64,000 nucleotides of DNA from Candidatus Eiseniibacteriota bacterium (GTDB lineage: Bacteria; Eisenbacteria; RBG-16-71-46; CAZAMP01): assembly GCA_965224245.1 (NCBI GenBank), contig OZ245046.1, positions 3,136,001 through 3,200,000 on the forward strand. The letters are read 5' to 3'. A program made the translations under genes and the position numbers. Positions 1 through 8,874 of this stretch are shown here, piece after piece. Position 1 is the stretch's first letter. Every line of letters starts with the position of its first letter. The notes beneath the pieces were generated by a model, which was given only the letters and a program-made list of their open reading frames with translations, had not been told where the DNA came from and searched no databases.

Positions 1-1
1 A

Positions 2-460
2 AGCGTCCGGTCCCCCGGCACGCAGGCGCTCGCTCGCATCGAGGCGCTGCCGATCGTGAAGCACCTCGGGCTCGAGATCGGGCTCGACGACACCGGCACC
101 GCGAGGGCGTGGCTGTCGAGCGTCGAGCCCTTTCACCTGGGCGGACTCGAGGAAGCGGTGCTGAACGGCGGCATCGTGCTGTCTCTGCTCGACGCGGTCG
201 TCGCGTCGGCGGCTCTCGTCCACGTGGGTCGAGGACGGTGCGGGACGGTCCAGCTGAACGCGCAGATCGCACGTCCGGTTCCGGCGCGTCGCAGCGTCGC
301 CGTCGGACGCATCACCGACGGCGGCCGCCGGCTGCTGTTCGCCGAGGCGTGGATCGAGCACCCGATCCACGGAGTCATGGCCCGCGCATCCGCGGTTCTC
401 GCCCGGCTGCCGTGTCACACCCGGGCGGGCGAGGAGACGTGTCAGATGAGGCCCGAGTAA
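2..460 (+). CDS. PaaI family (hotdog-fold) thioesterase, probably 5'-partial
   Basis: NGGIVLSLLD motif and TVQLNAQIARPV...GRITDGGRRLLFAEA; the frame is open back to position 2. Confidence 0.75.
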   Translation, partial: SVRSPGTQALARIEALPIVKHLGLEIGLDDTGTARAWLSSVEPFHLGGLEEAVLNGGIVLSLLDAVVASAALVHVGRGRCGTVQLNAQIARPVPARRSVAVGRITDGGRRLLFAEAWIEHPIHGVMARASAVLARLPCHTRAGEETCQMRPE

Positions 461-490
461 CGACACGCGACCCTTTCCAGGAGGACACCG

Positions 491-2050
491 ATGCAGAACG
501 CGAGCTCATCACCCGCTTCGGCCATCCAGCGCCCGACGAGCGCCCCGGAAGCCTCGAGATCTCTCATCCGTGCCGGCGGCGTGCGGGTCGGCCTCGTCCT
601 GAGTGCGATCGCGCTCGCCGCGGCCGTGCCCACGCGAGGGCGCGCCGAGATCATCCACGTCCCGGCGGACTACCCGACCGTGGCCGGCGCGCTGCTCGCC
701 GCGCAGGCCGGTGACGAGATCGTCCTGGCCTGCCAGGAGCACGTGGGACCGGCCGTTCTCGGTCCCGACCGGGACGGCGTGATCATCCGCGCCGCCACCG
801 ACGGGTGTGCCACGTACACCGGTCGGCTCGAGCTCGAGTCTTCCGTCACCATCGAAGGCCTCCTGTTCGACGCCGGAGACGTCTTTCACGACGGATCGAT
901 GGAGCCGATCGAGCTCCGGATCCGTCGGACGCGCTTCACGGGCGCTCCGCAACCGATCTGGGTCGGCTCGGCCGACGTCGACCTGACCGACGTGGTCGTC
1001 GATCAGGGCGGGCTCACGATCCAGGCGGGTCGTGTCCGGATCTCCGGGAGCACGTTCATCACGCACGGCGTCATGGCGCCGTCGCTGAGCTCGCTAACGA
1101 TCGAGAACAGCACGTTCGGAGATGGTCGGACCCTCTGCCAGTCCTACATGGGCCTGGACCCCGAGGGCACGTTCGAGATCTCCGACTGTCACTTCCAGCA
1201 CTCCACGGTGCAGATCAACCCGGACACGAGCTCTGACGCCCCCGTGATCACCTTCCGCGGATGCACGTTCGAGGACGGGAGACAGGGGCGTCGTGCGATC
1301 CATGCGACGTACGTCGGAGCCGTCTTCGAGGACTGCTCGTTCCTCGGCAACGCCGGGGTCGCGGTGAGGATCGACAGGGCGAGGCACCCGGTGCAGCTCG
1401 ACTCCTGTCGTTTCGTCGGCAACGGTGAAGCACTGCAGATCTTCTCTCCGTTGCAGCCCGTTCAGCTCCGATCCTGCGTGTTCCTGGAGAGCGATCGGGG
1501 CGCCGTCCACCTCGGGCTGGGGGCGACCGGTGAGGCGTCCTTCGTCGGCTGTACGTTCTCCCGCAACGTCGGCTCAGCGGGCGCCATCGCCAACGGATGG
1601 TACGGACTGGCGGGTGGTCGGATCCGGATCGAGGAATCGACGTTCTTCGAGAACGCGGCCAACAGCCAGTACGGCGTCGCACACATCAACGCCCGAGACG
1701 CCGAGCTCGTCATGTCGGAGTGTGTCGTCTACGGGGGCACGGGAACCTGCAGCGTCGCGACCGGCGAGGGTGCGGTCGACGTCTCCTGCACGGACATCTA
1801 CGGGATCGAGAACGGACACGACTGGACCGGCTGCAGCGCGTCCCTGGCCGCCCAGCTGGGCGCGCACGGAAACGTCTCGTCGGATCCGATGTTCTGCCGC
1901 GAGGACCCGCACGGGGCGGAGGACTGGAGCGTGGACGAGGCCTCGCCCACCCAGGTCGACGGGTGCGCCATGGGCGCCTGGCCGGCGTCGAGCTGCGTCG
2001 TTCCGATCGAGAGCGTGTCCTGGGGTCGGCTCAAGTCCAGCTACAGATGA
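491..2050 (+). CDS. Secreted right-handed parallel beta-helix protein with C-terminal SWGxxKxxYR motif
   Basis: GAGGA RBS; IIHVPADYPTV...GDEIVL start; repeated xxCxFxxN strands; GNVSSDPMFC; ends VESVSWGRLKSSYR-like (IESVSWGRLKSSYR). Confidence 0.8.
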   Translation: MQNASSSPASAIQRPTSAPEASRSLIRAGGVRVGLVLSAIALAAAVPTRGRAEIIHVPADYPTVAGALLAAQAGDEIVLACQEHVGPAVLGPDRDGVIIRAATDGCATYTGRLELESSVTIEGLLFDAGDVFHDGSMEPIELRIRRTRFTGAPQPIWVGSADVDLTDVVVDQGGLTIQAGRVRISGSTFITHGVMAPSLSSLTIENSTFGDGRTLCQSYMGLDPEGTFEISDCHFQHSTVQINPDTSSDAPVITFRGCTFEDGRQGRRAIHATYVGAVFEDCSFLGNAGVAVRIDRARHPVQLDSCRFVGNGEALQIFSPLQPVQLRSCVFLESDRGAVHLGLGATGEASFVGCTFSRNVGSAGAIANGWYGLAGGRIRIEESTFFENAANSQYGVAHINARDAELVMSECVVYGGTGTCSVATGEGAVDVSCTDIYGIENGHDWTGCSASLAAQLGAHGNVSSDPMFCREDPHGAEDWSVDEASPTQVDGCAMGAWPASSCVVPIESVSWGRLKSSYR

Positions 2051-2163
2051 CGGCCGGTCACGCGGCGCCCCGGCGCCAGGAGCCCGGCGCGGCGCTCTGT
2101 TCGGCAGGAGCAGCGAGAATCGGATCTCGCAAACCATCACCACGTTTCCACGGAGTGTCACAC

Positions 2164-2706
2164 ATGACCCGCACACATCCACCGATCTCCTCGGGCCCCT
2201 CACGCCGCGTCCGCCGACTCGGCCCGGTGGTCTTGCTCGTCGCGATCGCACTCTGCAGCTGTGAGAAGAAGCCGAGGATCGCCGAGCCCGATCCCGAGTC
2301 GTTTCGGATCTGGGTCGACGGCGAGCGAGCCGACATCGTCCACCGCGAAGTGGGCGTCTACGGTGGGTTCCAGGTGTCCGGTGTGATCCGGCTCGCCGAC
2401 GACTTTGCACAGTTCGGGTTCTTCACCCCCCTGATCGAGCCCGGCACCTACGTGTTCGACACCGACTCGCTGGTCGGGGGACTCGGGATCATCGAGCCCG
2501 GGGAGGACGCACCGCGCGTGCTCTACTCGACCTGTGCGCTCCCCGATCCGGGCTCGATCACGATCGAGTCGGTGGAGGACGGTCGGTACACCGGCTGGTC
2601 GGAGTTCGACGCCGCGGAGATCGACGGTGCCGGAGGCTGCATGCCGGTCGGAGATCGACGCGTCCGGGTGAGATGCGAGTTCGACGTCACGGCTCGGACC
2701 GAGTGA
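2164..2706 (+). CDS. Hypothetical lipoprotein
   Basis: GGAG RBS before ATG 2164; hydrophobic stretch with ALCSC lipobox-like motif. Confidence 0.6.
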   Translation: MTRTHPPISSGPSRRVRRLGPVVLLVAIALCSCEKKPRIAEPDPESFRIWVDGERADIVHREVGVYGGFQVSGVIRLADDFAQFGFFTPLIEPGTYVFDTDSLVGGLGIIEPGEDAPRVLYSTCALPDPGSITIESVEDGRYTGWSEFDAAEIDGAGGCMPVGDRRVRVRCEFDVTARTE

Positions 2707-2955
2707 GCCTGTCACGTCGCACGTGGTATACAGGCCGACGGGATCGGGTCGAGGCCGGTGTGCCTCGACCCCAAACCGCTGTTCGGTCGAATGGCCCGGA
2801 GCCCGGGCCTCCCTACCGTCGAGACAAGCCGCCCCCGATGATCGAAATGTGACCCCTCCGTGAGGAACTGACGCCATTCGATCTCTAGGCTGCGAAGCGG
2901 TCTTGAAACGAGACCCGTGCTTTGCCGTCGTTCAACCGATCCCAGGAGGTACCAC

Positions 2956-4656
2956 ATGTCTCGCACGATCGTGGCCGTTCTGATGGCGAGCCTGTCGCCC
3001 GCGGTCTTTACGCCGGCAGCAACGCAGGCGGCCGTCGAGTACGACTACGAGACCACCCTGCCCGGCTACTACCTCGGTCGGGGTCTGGACGTCGTCGTGG
3101 ACGATGCCGGCGACGCGTTCGTGAGCGGGTCGTACTACGCGGACGAGCACACGCTCGACATCCTGATCGCCAAGCTCGATGCCGACGGAACGCCGCTCTG
3201 GAGCGTCCCCGTCGGGGCGGACAACTCGGTTCACGACCACGCGGGTGGCATCTGCCTCGATGCGGCGGGCGACCTCTGGGTCGCGGGGTGGACCTCGTCC
3301 GAGAGCTTTCCCACCACGCCCGACGCCCTCGACGACACGCCGTCGTTCGCGGGTGACGTCTTCGTCATGAAGCTCGCGTCCGCGGACGGCTCCATTCTCT
3401 ACAGCACGCTCATCGGCGGCGACTACGTCGACCGCGGCTACGACATCTGCATCGACGACGCGGGCGCGATCTACGTGACGGGGTTCACCGGCTCCACGGA
3501 CTTCCCCACCACACCCGATGCCTATCAGCCCGAGCCGAGCGCGCCGCTGTACATCTTCCAGGACGCATTCGTCGTCAAGCTCTCGCCGGACGGCCGGACG
3601 CTCCTCTACAGCACGTACTTCGGCGGGTTCGAGGACGACTGGGGCGAGAACATCGCCGTCGACGCCGACGGGAACATCGTGATCTCCGGAACCACCGACG
3701 CCGAGGACTTCCCGCTGGCCAACCCGATCCAGTCCACCCCGGACCGCATCTTCGTCTCCAAGCTCTCCGCGGACGGCAGCGAGGTGCTCTTCGGCACCTA
3801 CTTCGGCGGGGAGAACATCGACTACCTGCGCGGCATGGACCTCGATCCCCTGGGCAACGTGTACCTCACGGGCACCACCCGGTCGGTCTCCTTCCCCACG
3901 ACCGCCGGCGCGTTCCAGGAGGACTTCGTCGGCGAGATCAACGGCTGCGAGGAGGGCTTCCCCGGACATCCCGTGAACTGCTTCGACGGATTCCTGGCCA
4001 AGCTGGCCACCGACGGCAGCGGCCTCCAGTACGGGACCTATCTCGGTGGCAGCCTCCACGACGAGCCGTCCACGGTGGTGGTCGACCCGTCGGGAGCCGC
4101 CCACGTCGTCGGCTACTCCGGCTCCCCCGACTACCTGGGATCGGGTAGCAGCTCGGCGTCCATCTTCGTGGCCGGGCTCGACGCCGGCGGAAGCGCCGTG
4201 GAGTACGTCGTCACGAAGGCCTCTCCCAGCGCCGGGGCCGGCCACGGGATCGCACTCGACGCGACCGGCGACGTCTACTTCACCGGCGCGCTCGGTGTCC
4301 CGTACGACATCTACATCGCGAAGCTGGGCATGCCGGCCATCGTCTCCGTCGGCGACGCCGGCACCGGGCCCGGCTTCCTCACGCTCGGTCCGAGCACTCC
4401 GAACCCGTTCCGGGCGTCCACGCAGGTGACGTACTCGGTCAACGGCGTCGACGACGTGCACGCTCGGCTTCGCGTCTTCGATGCGTCGGGGCGCCTGGTG
4501 CGCACGCTCGTCGACGGCGTCGTGACCCCCGGCGCGCACTCGGAGACGTGGGACGGCACGAACCAGGCAGGGGGACGCGTGTCTCCGGGCGTGTACTTCT
4601 ACCGGCTGGAGGCGCGCCAGGCCAGCACCACCGGTCGCATGTTGCTCGTCCGATGA
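2956..4656 (+). CDS. SBBP-repeat beta-propeller protein with C-terminal FlgD-Ig domain
   Basis: AGGAGG RBS; repeats of YVTGxTxSxDFPTT / DAFVVKL / YSTYFGG; PNPF...WDGTNQAG tail. Confidence 0.85.
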   Translation: MSRTIVAVLMASLSPAVFTPAATQAAVEYDYETTLPGYYLGRGLDVVVDDAGDAFVSGSYYADEHTLDILIAKLDADGTPLWSVPVGADNSVHDHAGGICLDAAGDLWVAGWTSSESFPTTPDALDDTPSFAGDVFVMKLASADGSILYSTLIGGDYVDRGYDICIDDAGAIYVTGFTGSTDFPTTPDAYQPEPSAPLYIFQDAFVVKLSPDGRTLLYSTYFGGFEDDWGENIAVDADGNIVISGTTDAEDFPLANPIQSTPDRIFVSKLSADGSEVLFGTYFGGENIDYLRGMDLDPLGNVYLTGTTRSVSFPTTAGAFQEDFVGEINGCEEGFPGHPVNCFDGFLAKLATDGSGLQYGTYLGGSLHDEPSTVVVDPSGAAHVVGYSGSPDYLGSGSSSASIFVAGLDAGGSAVEYVVTKASPSAGAGHGIALDATGDVYFTGALGVPYDIYIAKLGMPAIVSVGDAGTGPGFLTLGPSTPNPFRASTQVTYSVNGVDDVHARLRVFDASGRLVRTLVDGVVTPGAHSETWDGTNQAGGRVSPGVYFYRLEARQASTTGRMLLVR

Positions 4657-4674
4657 TCTGAACGAGTCCGATCG

Positions 4675-4715
4675 GGGCCTCGCTCCCGTCTCGCGAGAGA
4701 CGGAGAGCGAGGCCC
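4675..4715. terminator. GC-rich hairpin between convergent genes (possible bidirectional terminator)
   Basis: GGGCCTCGCTC-CCGTCTC-GCGA-GAGACGG-A-GAGCGAGGCCC; 18-bp stem with GNRA loop, no U-tract. Confidence 0.5.
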
Positions 4716-4724
4716 ACGACGGCG

Positions 4725-6140
4725 TCAGCGCGCGAGAACGGCCTTCCGCGACCGGACGCCGGTCGCGGTGGAGAGCGTCACGACGTAGGTTCCGGCGGGG
4801 AGCCGCCGGCCGGCGTCGTCGTGACCATCCCAGCCCACCACCAGCGCTCCTCCGGTCGACCTCGAGTGAACGAGCCGGACGCGCCTCCCGGTCACGTCGA
4901 AGACCGCCAGACTGACCGGCCCCGGCGAGACCGAGCCGGTGAACAGCGTCGACGTGTGGAACGGATTGGGCATCGGCGGATCGAGCCGGCTGACGACGGG
5001 TTCGATCACAGGGTCGCCGACACCGATCGCGGGTGGCGCCAGCCAGGAGTAGTAGAGTCTCGAGCCGCTCCTCTCGTCCACATACGAGACGTGTGGACGC
5101 CCCGCCGAGTCCAGACCGAGGGACGAGTGCTTCCCGACCGTCCCCACGGTGGCGACGCGCGTCTCGTGCCAGACCGTACCGTCGTGCCGGAGGTAGACCA
5201 GGTCGGCGGCGCCCTCGTCGTAGGTGGAGATGTGCGGCCGATCGTCCCCGTCGAGCGCCAGCGCGTTGTACGCCCCGATGTCGCTGCTTCCGGCGTCGAT
5301 CGAGACGTCCTCCCAGTCCGAGCCGGTCCATCGGAGGTACACGATCCGTCGGTCGGGGTAGAACTTCCCGCAGGCCACGTGCGGGTTGTCGTCCGAATCG
5401 ATCGCGATCTGCGGCCAGTGGCCGGCGCTCACGGACTCGAGCAGCTCGAGGTCCCAGAACCCGTCGGAGCCGAGAACGGCATACCAGAAGTCGTAGGTGG
5501 AGTAGTTGCAGTACGCGATGTGCGGCATCCCGTCGCCATCCACGGCGATCGACGACCACCCCGTGAACCCGAAGTCGACCTCCGTGACGTGCCACGTGGC
5601 GCCGTCCCGGGTCGCGTACCGGAGGTCGCCCTCGCTCTCGACGTCCGCGTAGGAGATGTGGGGACGTCCGTCTGTGTCGACGGCGATGGAGGGAAACTCG
5701 CCCAGCGTCCAGTCGGACGACGAGTCCACGGTCTCGATGCTCCAGTCGACGCCGTCGAAATGCGCGTACCACAGGCCGTCCGCGTGGTAGGCCACGTGCA
5801 GTCCGTCGTTCGCGTCGATGGCCAGCGAGATCCCGAAGCCGACCGGCGAGACGTCGACGATCTCCGTCTGCCAGGTTCCCCCCGGGGTCTTCCAGGCGTG
5901 CTTGAGCGCCTGCTCGAGCGTGGAGCGGTACGCGACGTGCGGCTGATCGCTGGAATCGAGGACGATGGACGAGTACTCGCCCGTGTACGGCTCGACGTCG
6001 ACGAGTTCGGTTCGCCAGCCGGCCTCCGCGGGGACAGCCAGGAGAACGACGCACATCGCCGGCAGCCAGCGCGGGCGCAACCACATGGACCTGGGATTCA
6101 CTCCCGGGGACGTTGCGGCGCGGGGCTCGTTCACCGTCAT
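4725..6140 (-). CDS. Secreted beta-propeller (SIAVDxxGxPHISY repeats) with FlgD-Ig domain
   Basis: About 7 repeats of S(I/L)AxDxxxxPH(I/V)xY; GGAGG before ATG 6140; PNPF...WDGHDDAG tail. Confidence 0.8.
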   Translation of the reverse strand: MTVNEPRAATSPGVNPRSMWLRPRWLPAMCVVLLAVPAEAGWRTELVDVEPYTGEYSSIVLDSSDQPHVAYRSTLEQALKHAWKTPGGTWQTEIVDVSPVGFGISLAIDANDGLHVAYHADGLWYAHFDGVDWSIETVDSSSDWTLGEFPSIAVDTDGRPHISYADVESEGDLRYATRDGATWHVTEVDFGFTGWSSIAVDGDGMPHIAYCNYSTYDFWYAVLGSDGFWDLELLESVSAGHWPQIAIDSDDNPHVACGKFYPDRRIVYLRWTGSDWEDVSIDAGSSDIGAYNALALDGDDRPHISTYDEGAADLVYLRHDGTVWHETRVATVGTVGKHSSLGLDSAGRPHVSYVDERSGSRLYYSWLAPPAIGVGDPVIEPVVSRLDPPMPNPFHTSTLFTGSVSPGPVSLAVFDVTGRRVRLVHSRSTGGALVVGWDGHDDAGRRLPAGTYVVTLSTATGVRSRKAVLAR

Positions 6141-6261
6141 GCCGGAGCCTCCAGAAGGGTCGGGCAGTCCCGTGCGCCGGGACGGGCACGGTCGCTGGAC
6201 GGCCACCGCGTGAGTCTACCAGGCCCGCGCCGTTCGCCGACACCACGCGGACGACGGACAC

Positions 6262-6303
6262 TTGACTCGCGGCGCCGGGTCGAGATACTTTGTATCGTAA
6301 AGT
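6262..6303 (+). promoter_or_regulatory. Sigma70-like promoter overlapped by palindromic operator ACTTTGTATCGTAAAGT
   Basis: TTGACT at 6262, -10-like GATACT/TACTTT at 6284-6291; palindrome 6287-6303 resembles the one at 7378-7392. Confidence 0.55.
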
Positions 6304-6326
6304 CATGCCACCCGGAGAGAGGGCCC

Positions 6327-6938
6327 ATGCAGCTCGACGAGGCGCTCCGTCAAATCTCCGACATTCGCGAGCAGATGGCGCGAACTCGCGCGTTCCGCGG
6401 CTATCGCTCGATGACCGTCGCCTTCTCCGGCGCGATGGGGCTGGCAGCCGCCGCGCTCCAGCCGCACTGGGTCGCGACGCCGGAGACCAACCTCGGGCGA
6501 TACCTCGGACTGTGGCTCGCCGTCGCGCTGATCAGCTTGCTCGCCGCCTGTCTCGAGCTGTACCGGCGCGCCCGAGACGACGGATCGGACGTGGCCCGTC
6601 AGCGGACGATGCACGCGGTCGAACAGTTTGCGCCCAGCGTCGTCGTGGGGGCTCTCCTGACGCTGATCATCCATGGCCGGGCACCCGACGTGGCCTGGAT
6701 GCTGCCGGGTCTGTGGTCGTCGATCTTCGGGCTGGGGATCTTCGCCTCGCGCCGGCTGCTGCCGCGGCAGGTCCGCTGGGTCGGCACGTTCTACGTCCTG
6801 TGCGGAGGTGGTTGCCTGTTGTGGGGACGCGGTGACAACGTCCTGTCTCCGTGGTTGATGGGCATCAGCTTCGGCGGCGGCCAGCTGCTGGGCGCGGTGA
6901 TCCTGTACTGGATTCTGGAGCGGGCCGATGCCGCGTAA
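6327..6938 (+). CDS. Multi-pass membrane protein paired with the wHTH regulator
   Basis: MQLDEALRQISDIREQM start and about 6 hydrophobic segments; overlaps the next gene. Confidence 0.75.
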   Translation: MQLDEALRQISDIREQMARTRAFRGYRSMTVAFSGAMGLAAAALQPHWVATPETNLGRYLGLWLAVALISLLAACLELYRRARDDGSDVARQRTMHAVEQFAPSVVVGALLTLIIHGRAPDVAWMLPGLWSSIFGLGIFASRRLLPRQVRWVGTFYVLCGGGCLLWGRGDNVLSPWLMGISFGGGQLLGAVILYWILERADAA

Positions 6939-7344
6939 CCGAGCGGGTGAGATCGATGGCGCCCGGAACGCCGCGGCCCGGGCGGGCCGGTTCTCGTACG
7001 ACGGCCTCGATCGTGTCATGCACGAGAAGGCCCGGTTGAGCATCCTGGCCTCCCTCGCCGCCAACGTCGAGGGACTCCTGTTCACCGACCTGAAAGAGCT
7101 GTGTGCGCTGACGGATGGGAATCTCAGCCGCCATCTGGCGGTTCTGAGCGATGCGGGGCTGGTCGACGTCTGGAAGCGCGCGGCGGGATCGCGACCCCGG
7201 ACCCTGTATCGCCTGACCGCCGATGGCCGGCGCCGGTTCGCCGCCTACATCGGCGTGCTGGAGAGGGTGGTGACGGATGCACAGGCGGACGAGGCAACCG
7301 CCACGCGCCGGCGCCGGTTGCCGGAAGGCTGGTCACCGGCCTAG
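6928..7344 (+). CDS. Winged-HTH transcriptional regulator (HTH_34/ArsR-MarR-like)
   Basis: LDRVMHEKARLSIL...LTDGNLSRHL...RPRTLYRLTADGR. Confidence 0.9.
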   Translation: MPRNRAGEIDGARNAAARAGRFSYDGLDRVMHEKARLSILASLAANVEGLLFTDLKELCALTDGNLSRHLAVLSDAGLVDVWKRAAGSRPRTLYRLTADGRRRFAAYIGVLERVVTDAQADEATATRRRRLPEGWSPA

Positions 7345-7377
7345 CGACGCCGTTCACTTTACTTTTTTGACTCTTTG

Positions 7378-7392
7378 CTTTGCAGCGCAAAG
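7378..7392. promoter_or_regulatory. Palindromic operator CTTTGC-AGC-GCAAAG
   Basis: Perfect 6-bp arms in an AT-rich spacer; same consensus as 6288-6302. Confidence 0.55.
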
Positions 7393-7448
7393 TCCCGACG
7401 AATGGTGAGGACCGACCGGATGACGACGCACATCGGGCCGTCGCACGC

Positions 7449-8696
7449 ATGAGAGCTCCGCTGCTGATCGCGGTCGTCGCCGGCGTGCCGCTTGTCGTCA
7501 TCGTGATCGTGACGTGGGTGTGGATCACGATGCCGCCCGCGCTCGATCCGGACGCGCTGCCCGCACGCGTGCTCGAGCCCCCCTCGCCGGCATGGCGAGA
7601 CGCCGTGGAGGAGGGGCGATCCCTCGCCCGCGCGGCCGTCGCCGAGGAGAAGCTGCCGGGGCTCTCGGTGGCGGTCGCGGTGGATGGCGCGATCGTCTGG
7701 GCGGAGGGGTTTCGCTGGGCCGACATGGAGAGCCAGACGCCGGTGACGCCCGCGACGCGGTTCCGGATCGGCGGTATCTCCGCCACCCTCACCGCCGCCG
7801 CCGTCGGGCTCCTGTCCGAGCGGGACCTCCTCGATCCAGACGCCCCCGTGCGGCACTACGTTCCGAGCTTCCCCGAGAAGCGATGGCCGGTCACCACACG
7901 CCAGCTCATGTCGCACACCGGCGGCATCACGCCCTTCCGCGGTGAAGGCGGGATCATCCGGGGACCCGGCTGCGAGAACGATGCGGACCGCATCGCGATC
8001 TTCGCCGGCGATTCGTTGCGATTCCGGCCCGGAACGGATCGTCGCTACTCGACGTACGGCTGGGTGCTGGTGGGCGCCGTGGTTGCCGCGGCGGCGGACG
8101 AGTCCTATCTCGGCTTCGTCCGACGTGAGATCCTCGAGCCGCTGGGCATGGAGAGCACCGGTCCCGACGCCGCCGGCGGGACCGAGTCCGACCGCGCGCG
8201 GTTCTACTACCCCCGGATGATGCTCAGTCCGCGCTACGGCCTGCAGGACGCGCCGGTGGTGGATCTATCCTGTCACCTGCCGGCGGTCGGCTTCCTGTCC
8301 ACGCCTTCCGACCTCGTGCGCTTCGGCGCCGCGATGATGCGTGATCGACTGCTGAGTCGAGAGACGGTGGCGCAGCTGGAGGAACCGTCGCGGCTCGAGT
8401 CGGACGCACCGGCCGAGCAGGCGCTCGGCTGGATCGTGCGCACGATCCCGATGGGCACGGACTCGATCGCCACGCGGATCGTGGGCCAGGGCCTCGGGGA
8501 GGTCGTTCTCAGGAGACCGCTCTCGGTCCAGACCACGGGCGGCCAGGTCGCCGGGAGCACGGCATCGCTCATCCTCGTCCCCGAGCACGACGTCGCGGTT
8601 GCCGTGGCGAGCAACGTGACCGGCGCCGAGAGCGTGCCGTCGCTCGCGACCGAGCTCGCCGACCTCGTCGTCCGCCGTCTTCGATCGCGCCGATGA
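7449..8696 (+). CDS. Membrane-anchored class C beta-lactamase-fold protein lacking the catalytic SxxK
   Basis: N-terminal TM helix; PGLSVAV, LMSHTGG, YSTYG motifs; FRIGGISAT where the family has FRIGSxSK. Confidence 0.8.
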   Translation: MRAPLLIAVVAGVPLVVIVIVTWVWITMPPALDPDALPARVLEPPSPAWRDAVEEGRSLARAAVAEEKLPGLSVAVAVDGAIVWAEGFRWADMESQTPVTPATRFRIGGISATLTAAAVGLLSERDLLDPDAPVRHYVPSFPEKRWPVTTRQLMSHTGGITPFRGEGGIIRGPGCENDADRIAIFAGDSLRFRPGTDRRYSTYGWVLVGAVVAAAADESYLGFVRREILEPLGMESTGPDAAGGTESDRARFYYPRMMLSPRYGLQDAPVVDLSCHLPAVGFLSTPSDLVRFGAAMMRDRLLSRETVAQLEEPSRLESDAPAEQALGWIVRTIPMGTDSIATRIVGQGLGEVVLRRPLSVQTTGGQVAGSTASLILVPEHDVAVAVASNVTGAESVPSLATELADLVVRRLRSRR

Positions 8697-8874
8697 TCCC
8701 GTGCATCTCGCACCATGCGACCGAGGAGGCCCGCCGGATGACGACGCGCCGCGTTCCCGGAGCCAGGTCGAAGCGGGACGCCGTGCGACCGCTCCTCCAC
8801 GGACTCCCGCGCTGGCGCGCCTGTTCGCGCGACCGGCGGCGCCGGCCGACGAGCCGGGCACCGAGGCGCCCCCG

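Noticed and set aside
2932-6306. 1124-aa minus-strand ORF and similar long Arg/Pro-rich ORFs (22655-25432, 4821-6326, 31006-32937)
   Set aside because: Shadow frames of real genes in high-GC DNA; no recognisable motifs
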